The notes under the pieces are model-generated. The model did not search any database and had not been told where the DNA came from. It was given only the letters and a program-made list of their open reading frames with translations. This document shows positions 42,639 through 51,295 of a stretch of 64,000 bases of DNA, in pieces (the first letter of the stretch is position 1; every line of letters starts with the position of its first letter). Source of the DNA: an uncultured delta proteobacterium. Lineage in GTDB: Bacteria; Myxococcota; Myxococcia; Myxococcales; Anaeromyxobacteraceae. The stretch lies in NCBI GenBank assembly GCA_963845515.1, contig CAWJSR010000045.1, positions 160,001-224,000 on the forward strand, read 5' to 3'. A program made the translations under genes and the position numbers.

Positions 42639-43055
42639 TCAGGGGTCTTCCATGTCTCGGCGGGCGACGTCGTCCGTCGAGGACGTCACCACGTAGCTGC
42701 CCGTGGCGAGCAGCGAGACGACGAAGCCGCCCAAGATGGCAAAGGGCATTGGCTCACCGGACACGCGGAGAACCAGGACGCCGAGGATCGTGCCGATCAG
42801 CGACGCCATAACACTGGCCCCGACGCTCCGTCTCGTAGGCCAGACTCCGGCCATCACCGACGCCAGCACGACGGCGGCGGGCATGACCAAGCCGCCAACG
42901 GCGAGCCAGTACATCCAGGAGCCGTTGAAGGCACGCCCATCCACGGCGAGTCGGGCCATGACGAACCACGCGGCCACGGACGCGCCCCAGGGCAAGCCGA
43001 CGCGGATCGAGGGCCTGCATCGGCGGCCGAGGGTGCTGGGCCAGAGGTCAAACAC
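42639..43055 (-). CDS. Membrane hypothetical protein
   Basis: Several hydrophobic segments; start uncertain. Confidence 0.4.
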   Translation of the reverse strand: MFDLWPSTLGRRCRPSIRVGLPWGASVAAWFVMARLAVDGRAFNGSWMYWLAVGGLVMPAAVVLASVMAGVWPTRRSVGASVMASLIGTILGVLVLRVSGEPMPFAILGGFVVSLLATGSYVVTSSTDDVARRDMEDP

Positions 43056-43118
43056 GCGTGAAGTTAGAGCACGGACTGCGACAGCCAGTGAAGCAGTTGA
43101 TCCGACCCGTGCAGCTCC

Positions 43119-43751
43119 TCAGTCGAGCGGCTCGTAGTACTGCGGCATCCGCTGGCGCGTGACGACGAAAGTCTTCCCCTCACGCCCCTTTGGCCGAAGC
43201 AGCCCGTACTTCTGGTTGAGCGAAGTCGAGGGGAAGGAACCGAAGGCGACCTCTCCCTCACAGGGCACGGCAGGACAGACGAACAGGGTGACCTTCTCGG
43301 CAGGCGGCTTCCCGCAGGCGCTAGGGTACCGGCCGCAGATGGCGGCCACGATCTGGCCCGAGAGGTCCGCTTGGACCGGCGCCTCCCCGACGAGGACGTA
43401 CTTCCTCGTTGGGTGCCCCGGCGTCTCGAAGAAGTCCTCCGCAACCGTCAGGAGCACGGTCTCGGAGCCCGATCGAATGCTCAACTCGATCGTAAGGTCG
43501 TGATCGATGGCCCCAAAGCGCTCCGCGTTCGCCTGGACCAGGGACGCCAACGCGAAGAGCACGGAGCGGGGATCCTTGATTGCTCGGTCACTGCCGTCGG
43601 GGTAGTCGAGCACGACGCTGTAGAGGACGTGCAGCGTGAACTTGCCGACCGTGACCCGGATGCCGGCCTCGCTACTGGCGCGCGCAGCGGCAGGCGCGCC
43701 GGCCAGCGCCAAGGCCACCGCGAGCGCAGCCGTCTTGGAGCAAAGGCTCAT
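43119..43751 (-). CDS. Exported hypothetical protein
   Basis: Signal peptide ending ARA-S. Confidence 0.55.
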   Translation of the reverse strand: MSLCSKTAALAVALALAGAPAAARASSEAGIRVTVGKFTLHVLYSVVLDYPDGSDRAIKDPRSVLFALASLVQANAERFGAIDHDLTIELSIRSGSETVLLTVAEDFFETPGHPTRKYVLVGEAPVQADLSGQIVAAICGRYPSACGKPPAEKVTLFVCPAVPCEGEVAFGSFPSTSLNQKYGLLRPKGREGKTFVVTRQRMPQYYEPLD

Positions 43752-43808
43752 GCTCGGTCAGTGTAACCCGAGCCGAGCGCCACCAACGTCGGCGCGGCCT
43801 CCACGCGG

Positions 43809-43848
43809 AAAAGACGAAGGGGCTCCGCCGGATGACGGAACCCCTCGT
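43809..43848 (-). terminator. Hairpin plus U-tract downstream of the tRNA-Gly 3' fragment
   Basis: ACGAAGGGGCTCCG...CGGAACCCCTCGT stem with AAAA to its left (U-tract on the minus strand). Confidence 0.55.
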
Positions 43849-43851
43849 AAT

Positions 43852-43897
43852 TTGGAGCGGGAAACCGGATTCGAACCGGCGACCCTCAGCTTGGGAA
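43852..43897 (-). repeat. att core copy 1 = 3' half of tRNA-Gly(CCC)
   Basis: Reverse complement TTCCCAAGCTGAGGGTCGCCGGTTCGAATCCGGTTTCCCGCTCCAA: anticodon CCC, T-arm, CCA; no 5' half. Confidence 0.9.
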
Positions 43898-44020
43898 CGT
43901 GAGCGGCGAGGCCCGAACCTTCAAGAATCCCAACGAAACGGGGGCTCGCTGGGCTGGTTCACTTACGCAGAATCCCATTCGGCTGGGACGACCTTGCCCG
44001 GACCTTGCCCGGAAGTAACG

Positions 44021-44359
44021 TCAGCCGTGGGCGAGCTTCGCGCTCACGAGCCGGTTCAAGGAGACGTGGGACTCCGCGGCCTCGATGGTGAGCTTCCGAT
44101 GCACCTGGGGCGGAATCCTGACCTTGAACTGGCCGCTGTACCGGCGGATCGAAAGCGGCCCCGGCACGGCCTCATGCTGGCGGGTCATGTCGGCGAGCGC
44201 TTCGCGCGCCGCGTCGACGATGCCGCGCAACGCCGCGGTCTGGGACTTGTCCAGCCAACTGAGGCTCGGAAGCTCGGCGCAGAGGCCGACGTACTCCCGA
44301 TCCTCGTCCGACCAGATGACACGATAGGTGTACTTCTCTGCGATGGAATGCGTCTTCAT
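44021..44359 (-). CDS. hicB: HicB family antitoxin
   Basis: YTYRVIWSDEDREYVGLCAELPSLSW...YSGQFKVRIPP.VHR.L. Confidence 0.9.
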   Translation of the reverse strand: MKTHSIAEKYTYRVIWSDEDREYVGLCAELPSLSWLDKSQTAALRGIVDAAREALADMTRQHEAVPGPLSIRRYSGQFKVRIPPQVHRKLTIEAAESHVSLNRLVSAKLAHG

Positions 44360-44622
44360 GGCTTCCTCTCGTCCAGCAGGCGGTCGATCGCTTGGAGGAC
44401 CTGCCGGACCTGATACGGCTTCGCCTTTCCCCCCGCGCCCGGCTGAAGGTTCACCCGAGGGTCGCCTGCCCAGGGCATCTTCCAGACGTGGTGGCTCGAT
44501 CCCTTCTGCCGCGGGGGTCCGAAGTAGTGGGTCGCAACCTTGCACGCGTCGGCGAAACGGATCGCGGCGGGGCTTGCCCTCATCGCCGCCAGGAGTTCGT
44601 CGATACCCTTGCCCACGGACAT
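44356..44622 (-). CDS. hicA: HicA family toxin
   Basis: RQKGSSHHVWK...GKAKPYQVRQV. Confidence 0.88.
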   Translation of the reverse strand: MSVGKGIDELLAAMRASPAAIRFADACKVATHYFGPPRQKGSSHHVWKMPWAGDPRVNLQPGAGGKAKPYQVRQVLQAIDRLLDERKP

Positions 44623-44652
44623 AGTGGTGTCACTAATGACCCCACTCGTCAA
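44623..44652 (-). promoter_or_regulatory. hicAB operator palindrome and -35 element
   Basis: AGTGGTGTCA-CTAA-TGACCCCACT (one mismatch); minus-strand TTGACG at 44647-44652. Confidence 0.55.
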
Positions 44653-44836
44653 GCCGCCGCCGGGCGGTGCCCCACATCGTCAGGCTGAGGTTCGCAGCAG
44701 GAAGCTGCGCAATGGCAGCGGTTCCACGAAAGCACCATCTGCGCGGGCAAGGTCCGGGCAAGGAATCCACGGCCCAAAGAAACGCCGAAGGGCTCCCGGC
44801 GGTCACCCTGGAAGCCCCTCGTGATCACTTCGGATA

Positions 44837-44882
44837 TTGGAGCGGGAAACCGGATTCGAACCGGCGACCCTCAGCTTGGGAA
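44837..44882 (-). repeat. att core copy 2 = 3' half of tRNA-Gly(CCC)
   Basis: Identical to 43852-43897. Confidence 0.9.
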
Positions 44883-45013
44883 TATGACGAGCGGCGCCGG
44901 GATGTCGCGAAAAGGCCGGAAAACGGGGTCGGAACCGCTGGTTCAGTCGCGGCAAAACCGGGCAGTGCGACGACGACCTTGCCCGGACCTTGCCTGTCAC
45001 GGCAGACCGGGAT

Positions 45014-46180
45014 TCACGCAGGCGCAACTTGATCAAGGAGATCGCGGAACTCGTGGTGTCCGTTAGCGCCCAACTGATCGACCAGCCTCCGAGCTTCTTC
45101 CTGCGTCGAAGGATCGCCGCTCGATAGAGCCCCAGCCAGGACCACTCGAATCCGCTCCCTGATCGCGAGCACGAGCCACGCGTCGCGGCTGCCATCAATG
45201 AGTGCCTTCAAGCACCTGGTGGTCTCGAGCGCATGCGTAGGCGAGAGGCGAGCGAGCTCCTCGGCGACGAACGGTTCAGGCTCGACGCGCCCGCCGGCCC
45301 GGAGGATGGACCCGAGCTGATCGAGCGCCCAGCCCGAATCGAACTTGGCCGACGCAAACCACCATCCGAACGCCGAGATCTCCTCCGAGTGGGAAGCGAG
45401 GTCCTTCGAGGCGACGTTCCACCGGTACAGCCAGAGCTGCTGCATGTGTTCCGCTTCTTCGCGTGAAAGCGTCTCCTTCATCTCGTGGAGCGAGTGACCG
45501 GCGTACCCCAGCGCACGACCCAGAACGCCATCGGGCGCGACTGCAAAGAACCGCTCCAGTAGACCGCCGGGTTCGAGGGTGAGTCGCCGCAGCCAGTAGA
45601 GCGCCATCAAGTGCTCAGCGAGGTGCCGAGATGGATCGCGAGGATCGCTCACGGTGATCTCCCGCATCGCGAGAGCCTCCACCGCACGCCGGTACTCAGA
45701 CTCTAGGAGCGGGAACACGTCGTTGTATGCCCGACAGAACGTCACGTAGGTATCCCACGCCGCATCTCGCAGTTCTGCCAGGCTGCTGTCGGCAGGAAAC
45801 AGGGCCGGGACATGCTCCAGCGCCCAATCGCGGTCGAGAAGAGCGATCCACGGGAACCATCTTCCGAGGACGGAGCGGATCGCAGGAGACGGGTCGACGG
45901 CCGGATCGAGGTGCCTCTCCAGCGTCTCACGGATCTCCGGGATTTCGTCGAATCCGCGCGCCGCTCGAGCGGACGCGTCGGCTTGGTCCATGCCCCGCCT
46001 CACCCACAGCCCGAACTGAATGGTCGTATCAAGCGCCTTCCCGCGAACCGAGTTGATCGCGACATCCAACGGATCCCCGTTGTTTCCAGAATAGGCGTCC
46101 GATTCTCGTCGTGGACTGGGATCCAGATCATCGGTGAGCGGCTTGAGCACCTGCCACGTCGCGTGACGGAGCGCTTGGGG
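45014..46180 (-). pseudogene. C-terminal part of a large helical protein split by a transposon
   Basis: QALRHATWQVLKPL...AINSVRGKAL continues the 51296-53667 sequence. Confidence 0.75.
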
Positions 46181-46278
46181 TGAGCACGGGCAAGCACCGC
46201 GATGGCGAGAAGGGCGGCCTCCGGTCACGGTAGCCGAGGGACGGTGGCCGCGCACCACCAAGTATCGTGGCGCTGAAG

Positions 46279-47236
46279 TCAGCGCCCGCAGCAGCGCTTG
46301 AACTTCTTGCCGGAGCCGCAGGGGCAGGGATCGTTGCGGCCAACGCGCGGCACGGCAACCGCGGCCTGTGGAGCTGGCCCGGGGGGCTGTGAGCGAGGGA
46401 GCATGGCTCCGATCTGCTGGATGCGCCGGTTGCGATCGCCAAGGTGTACGGCGACGAGATAGCGCCGCTGGAATGCGGCCCAGAGATACTGGAGCAGCTC
46501 TGCGTCGCGGCGCGACGCATCGAACTCGCGCGCCTCGCCGCCCGGGAGTCCGACGAGGATTGAGCCGACCTGGCGAAACTTTCCGTTGTCCTTCACCTCC
46601 ATGAACACGAGGCGCACCTGGCTGCAGGGGCATGCCGGCTTCCTGCAGTAGTGCTCCGACGCGAAGAAGACGCGCTTGTCCTCGTAGAGGAAGTGATCGA
46701 CCCGGTCGTCCGGGAACATCTCTTCCCAGAAGACCATTTCATCGGGATCGCGCTTGCTCCAGTCGATCGTTTTCCAGCCCCGCGTTGATTGAAGCCCCTT
46801 CGCCCGGATCCAGCGCTCGTGGAGGCTGTCGAGAAGGTCCCCGTCCATGCGGGTGCGAAGGTAGGCGAGCCACTCATCACTGAGCGTGGTTCGAGTGTCG
46901 GTAGCCCGAAGAGGGCCGACGAGCCCGAGGTCAAGGTCGACCATGGCGACCTTCTTCTCGCCATCGTCGAGCATCCGGCGGAACATCTCGTAGTCTTCGG
47001 GAGGCCGGTCGAGTTCGAGCTTCGACCGCCTCCAGCGTCACCTCGCGGCACGTACACCCCGGCTGCGTGCAGACCTCGACGCGAGAGACGAGCAAGCGTG
47101 ACGGGCCATTCGGGCCGAGGACTCGTTCGAACACGAGCAGACCGTTGGGAAAGAGCTGCCAGGATTGACTGCTCTTGACCAAGGCGGCGTCGGACGCCGG
47201 CGGCTCGTTCAGGGGCTGGACGGTTTCAGCGCTCAA
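46279..47236 (-). CDS. SEC-C motif protein with two CxxPxCxC motifs (frameshift near 47010)
   Basis: [35 protein letters not shown]. Confidence 0.7.
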
Positions 47237-47246
47237 GGAGGTCCTC

Positions 47247-47822
47247 TTGTCGTGGCAGAAGCTGGTGTGCGATCCGAGGTTGTACCTGCTCCTCTACCGT
47301 TGTGACGAGGACCGGGCGGCCGAGGTCAAGGCTGCGGGCTGCCTGGTCTGCGGCGGCGTCCTTCACTCCGCCGCGTTCCGCCGAAAGCCCCGTGGTGAGC
47401 CCGAGGGGCTCGGCGAGGATCGCGAGCGACGGTGCAGCTTCTGCTGCGCCGAGGACGGCTGCCGCAAGCGCCATACGCCTTCGTCGCTGCGCTTCCTCGG
47501 GCGCAAGGTCTACCTCGGCGCGGTGGTGGTGCTCGTCTCGGCGATGCGGGAGGGGGCGACGCCGGCGAGGATGCGGACGCTGCGCGCCCTGCTCGGCGTG
47601 AGCCGGCGGACGGTGGAGCGCTGGCGCGAGTGGTGGAAGACGACCTTCGCCGAGACGCGGTGCTGGCGGGAGGCGGCCCAGGGCTTCGTTCCCTCGGTCG
47701 AGACCGGGCGCCTCCCCGCGTCGCTCCTCGAGCGCTTCCTGGGCAACGACGAGGCGCGGCTTATCCTGCTCCTGCGCCTCCTCGGCCCGATCACCGGCGG
47801 GTCCCCCGCGCACGCTCGCTGA
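47247..47822 (+). CDS. Transposon-associated Zn-finger/HTH protein
   Basis: AAGGAGG RBS + TTG; CLVCGG, CSFCC..GCRKRHTP, GVSRRTVERW. Confidence 0.7.
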   Translation: MSWQKLVCDPRLYLLLYRCDEDRAAEVKAAGCLVCGGVLHSAAFRRKPRGEPEGLGEDRERRCSFCCAEDGCRKRHTPSSLRFLGRKVYLGAVVVLVSAMREGATPARMRTLRALLGVSRRTVERWREWWKTTFAETRCWREAAQGFVPSVETGRLPASLLERFLGNDEARLILLLRLLGPITGGSPAHAR

Positions 47823-47909
47823 CGGGCCGCGCCGACCCGCAGAAGATGCCCGTCGATCCGGCGACGGGCGGCCGACTACGGTGCGCGCTCCTTCAAGTTG
47901 GAGCGCCGT

Positions 47910-49382
47910 GTGACGAAGAGTGAAAAGCCGAGAGTCCACGAGTCCTGGGCCCACCTGCGCTTCTCGGTGGTGGGGCAGCTGCTGGCCGCGCCGCCGGAGA
48001 AGGGCGAGCTGCGCGGGGAGTTGGAGCGGCTCGCCGCGCGGACGTGGCGTCACCCAGCGACGAGCGAGCCCGTCCGCTTCGGGGTCTCGACGATCGAGCG
48101 CTGGTACTACCGGGCGCTCCGGGAGAAGCGCGACCCGGTGGGCGTCCTGCGGCGCAAGGTGCGCAAGGACGCGGGGAACCAGGCGTCGATGAGCGAGGCG
48201 GTGCGGCAGGCGCTGCTCGCGCAGTACGCGGCGCACAAGAGCTGGAGCGACCAGCTCCACCACGACAACCTCGTCGCGCTCGCCGAGACGAAGCCCGAGC
48301 TCGGGCCGGTGCCGTCGTACTCGACGGTGCGCCGCTTCATGAAGGCGAACGGCCTCTTCCGGCGGCGGCGCGTCACGTCGCGCCGGACCGAGGGGGCCGA
48401 GCGCGCCGAGGCACGCCTCGACGATCGCGAGGTGCGCAGCTACGAGGCCGCGTACGTGAACGGCCTGTGGCACTGGGACTTCCACCACGGCTCGCAAGAA
48501 GGTGCTCACGCCGCGCGGCGAGTGGGTGACGCCGCTCCTGTTCGGCGTCCTCGACGACCGCTCGCGACGTCGCCTGCCACCTGCAGTGGTACCTCGCACG
48601 AGAACGCCGAGAACCTCGCCCACGGCTTGTCGCAGGCGATCCAGAAGCGCGGGCTGCCGCGGGCGGCCATGAGCGACAACGGCGCCGCCGATGATCGCGG
48701 CGGAGATCGCGGAGGGGCTCACCCGGCTCGGCATCGCCCACGAGACGACGCTGCCCTACAGCCCCTACCAGAACGGGAAGCAGGAGAACTTCTGGGCCCA
48801 GGTCGAGGGGCGGCTCCTCGCCATGCTCGAGGACGTCCCCGACCTGACGCTCGCCCGTGCTCAACGAGGCGACGCAGGCGTGGGTGGAGCTCGAGTACAA
48901 CCGCAAGCGTCCACTCCGAGATCGGACGAGACGCCGATCGCGCGCTTCCTCGCCGGCCCCGACGTCACGCGACCGAGCCCGGACAGCGCCGCGCTGCGGC
49001 TCGCCTTCACGCGGGCGGACCGGCGCACGCAGCGCCGCAGCGACGGCACCGATCGTCATCGAGGGCCGCCGCTTCGAGGTCCCGGGCCGCTACCGGCATC
49101 TGCGAGCGCGTCGAGGTCCGCTACGCGAGCTGGGACCTCACGGCCGTCCACCTCGTCGACGAGCGCACCGGCGCGGTGCTCTGCCGGCTCTATCCGCAGG
49201 ACAAGACCCGGAACGCCGAGCGGCCAGCGCCGACCGCTCGACCCGATCGTCGCCCGACGCGCGTCCGGCCGGCCGCCGGCGACCGGCATCGCGCCGCTGC
49301 TCGCGCAGCTGCATCGCCGAGCAGGCCGCCACCGGCCTGCCGCCCGCCTACCTCCCCAAGGACGAAGGAGACGAACGCGTGA
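47910..49382 (+). CDS. DDE-type (rve/Mu-like) transposase, multiply frameshifted
   Basis: LWHWDFH, SDNG, PYQNGKQE.FW across frames. Confidence 0.8.
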   Translation: MTKSEKPRVHESWAHLRFSVVGQLLAAPPEKGELRGELERLAARTWRHPATSEPVRFGVSTIERWYYRALREKRDPVGVLRRKVRKDAGNQASMSEAVRQALLAQYAAHKSWSDQLHHDNLVALAETKPELGPVPSYSTVRRFMKANGLFRRRRVTSRRTEGAERAEARLDDREVRSYEAAYVNGLWHWDFHHGSQEGAHAARRVGDAAPVRRPRRPLATSPATCSGTSHENAENLAHGLSQAIQKRGLPRAAMSDNGAADDRGGDRGGAHPARHRPRDDAALQPLPEREAGELLGPGRGAAPRHARGRPRPDARPCSTRRRRRGWSSSTTASVHSEIGRDADRALPRRPRRHATEPGQRRAAARLHAGGPAHAAPQRRHRSSSRAAASRSRAATGICERVEVRYASWDLTAVHLVDERTGAVLCRLYPQDKTRNAERPAPTARPDRRPTRVRPAAGDRHRAAARAAASPSRPPPACRPPTSPRTKETNA

Positions 49383-50236
49383 ACAAGAAGCTGCTCGCGC
49401 TCTACGGCCTCAAGTGGAACCCGTTCGCCCCCGACGTGCCGGTCGAGGCGCTGCACGTCTCGCCCGCGCATCGAGCGCTTCGGCTGGCGCGTCGAGCAGC
49501 TCGTCGGCGAGGGCGGCTTCGCCCTCGTCACCGGCGCACCCGGCACCGGCAAGTCGGTGACGCTGCGCATCCTCGCCGAGCGGCTCGCGCAGCCAGCGCG
49601 ACGTCAAGGTCGGCGTGATCAGCCGCCCGCAGGCCGGCCTCGCCGACTTCTACCGCGAGATGGGCGACCTCTTCGGCGTCGAGCTCGCACCCGCACAACC
49701 GCTGGGCCGGCTCCAAGGTCCTGCGCGAGCGCTGGCAGACCCACATCGACGCCGCGCTCTCCGGCCGGTGCTCCTCGTCGACGAGGCGCAGGAGATGCTG
49801 CCCGCCGTCCTCGCCGAGCTGCGCCTGCCTCGTCCGCGCGAGGCTCGACTCCCACATGCTGCTCACCGTCGTGCTCGCCGGCGACGGCCGCCTCGTGCGA
49901 GCGCTTCCGCTCCGACGAGCTCCTGCCGCTCGACAGCCGCATGCGCGTCCGCCTCGCGCTGCGAGCCGCGCCACGCCCGAGGAGCTGGCCGAGACTGCCT
50001 GCGCCACGCGCTGGCGCAAGGCCGGCGCCGCGAAGCTGATGACTCCCGAGCTGATCGCGACGCTCTGCGATCACGCCCAGGGCAACCACCGCGCGCTCAT
50101 GAACATGGCCGGCGAGCTGCTCGCCGCGGCCGCGCAGCGCGAGCGCCCGCCAGCTCGACGAGAAGCTCTTCCTCGAGATCTTCGCCGCGCCGCCGCCGCA
50201 CGCGAGGCGAAGGCCGCGGCGGCGCCGCGGCGATGA
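49379..50236 (+). CDS. ExeA/TniB-like AAA ATPase, multiply frameshifted
   Basis: YGLKWNPF, GAPGTGKS, LLVDEAQEM. Confidence 0.78.
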
Positions 50237-51183
50237 GCCTGCTCCCGGTCGAGCCCGCCCACCGCCTCGCCGCCCGCGCCGAGGAGCAACGCTGGCTCAT
50301 CACCGGCCTGTGGGCCGAGGAGGCCGTCGGCATCGTCGGCGGCGAGCCGAAGTGCTGCAAGTCCTTCCTCGCCCTCGACCTCGCCGTCTCCGTCGCCGCC
50401 GGCACGCCCTGCCTGCGCCGCTTCCCGGTGACCGCGCCCGGGCCGCGTCCTGCTCTTCGCCGCCGAGGACGCGCTGCACGTCGTGCGCCGCCGGCTCGAC
50501 GGCATCTGCGCCGCCGCCGGCATCGCCTCGCCGATCTCGACATCCAGGTCATCACCGCGCCGAGCCTGCGGCTCGACCTCGACGCCGACCGGGCGAGCCT
50601 CGCCGAGACCGTCGCCGAAGCTGCAGCCGCGCCTGCTCGTCCTCGATCCCTTCGTGCGCCTGCACCGCATCGACGAGAACGCCTCCGGCGAGGTCGCGCC
50701 GCTGCTCGCCTACCTGCGCGAGCTGCAGCGCCGCCACGGCGTCGCCGTCGTCGCTCGTCCACCACGCCAGGAAGGGCGCCGGCCGCGCCCGCGCCGGCCA
50801 GGCCCTGCGCGGCTCCTCCGAGTTCCACGCCTGGGGCGACTCCAACCTCTACCTGCGCCGCCACGGCGACGACCTCACGCTCACCGTCGAGCATCGCGCC
50901 GCGCCGTCCGTGCCGGCGATCGCCCTCGCGCTCGACCCAGCGCGGCGACGCCCTCGCTCTTCAGCGTCGCCGAGCGCCGCGCGGAGCCCGAGCCGCCGCC
51001 CACCTCGGTCGGACGAGCGCATCACCCGCGCTCTCGCCGACGCCGGCCGGCCTGTCCCGCTCGCCGAGCTGCGCGCCGCCTGCCGCAGTCCGCAACGCCA
51101 CGCTCTACGAGCGCCTCGCCGCCCTCACCGCCGCTGGCCGCCTCGTCCGCGCCGGCGACGGCTACCGCCTCACCGCGCGCTGA
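50233..51183 (+). CDS. RecA-superfamily (AAA_25/RepA-like) ATPase, multiply frameshifted
   Basis: GGEPKCCKSF, LLVLDPF, VHHARK, LRGSS. Confidence 0.75.
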   Translation: MSLLPVEPAHRLAARAEEQRWLITGLWAEEAVGIVGGEPKCCKSFLALDLAVSVAAGTPCLRRFPVTAPGPRPALRRRGRAARRAPPARRHLRRRRHRLADLDIQVITAPSLRLDLDADRASLAETVAEAAAAPARPRSLRAPAPHRRERLRRGRAAARLPARAAAPPRRRRRRSSTTPGRAPAAPAPARPCAAPPSSTPGATPTSTCAATATTSRSPSSIAPRRPCRRSPSRSTQRGDALALQRRRAPRGARAAAHLGRTSASPALSPTPAGLSRSPSCAPPAAVRNATLYERLAALTAAGRLVRAGDGYRLTAR

Positions 51184-51200
51184 CCGCCTCCCCGTTCCGC

Positions 51201-51228
51201 TTCCCGCACGCCCTACAGCGTGCGGGAA
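51201..51228. terminator. Hairpin near the transposon right end
   Basis: TTCCCGCACGC-CCTACA-GCGTGCGGGAA perfect 11-bp stem. Confidence 0.5.
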
Positions 51229-51295
51229 CGGGAACCGGAACGTGAGCCATCAAACAGCCTGGTCGGGATGCCATCGGAGAGCGCGCTCACGCTCA

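Larger units (their letters stand above)
43852..44882. mobile_element. Minimal non-autonomous integrative element carrying hicAB
   Basis: Identical 46-bp att cores 985 bp apart; inward-facing arm-like repeats at 43987-44010 and 44744-44763. Confidence 0.65.
46181..51295. mobile_element. 5.1-kb transposon with TG...CA ends (DDE transposase, ExeA-type ATPase, RecA-like ATPase, two accessory genes)
   Basis: Imperfect terminal inverted repeat TGAGC-N14-CGATGGC at both ends; GGGG on both flanks; interrupts an ORF. Confidence 0.75.

Noticed and set aside
43852..44882. Two tRNA-Gly genes or a CRISPR-like repeat pair
   Set aside because: Only the 3' halves are present, there are two copies 985 bp apart, and no cas genes are present. 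They are att cores.
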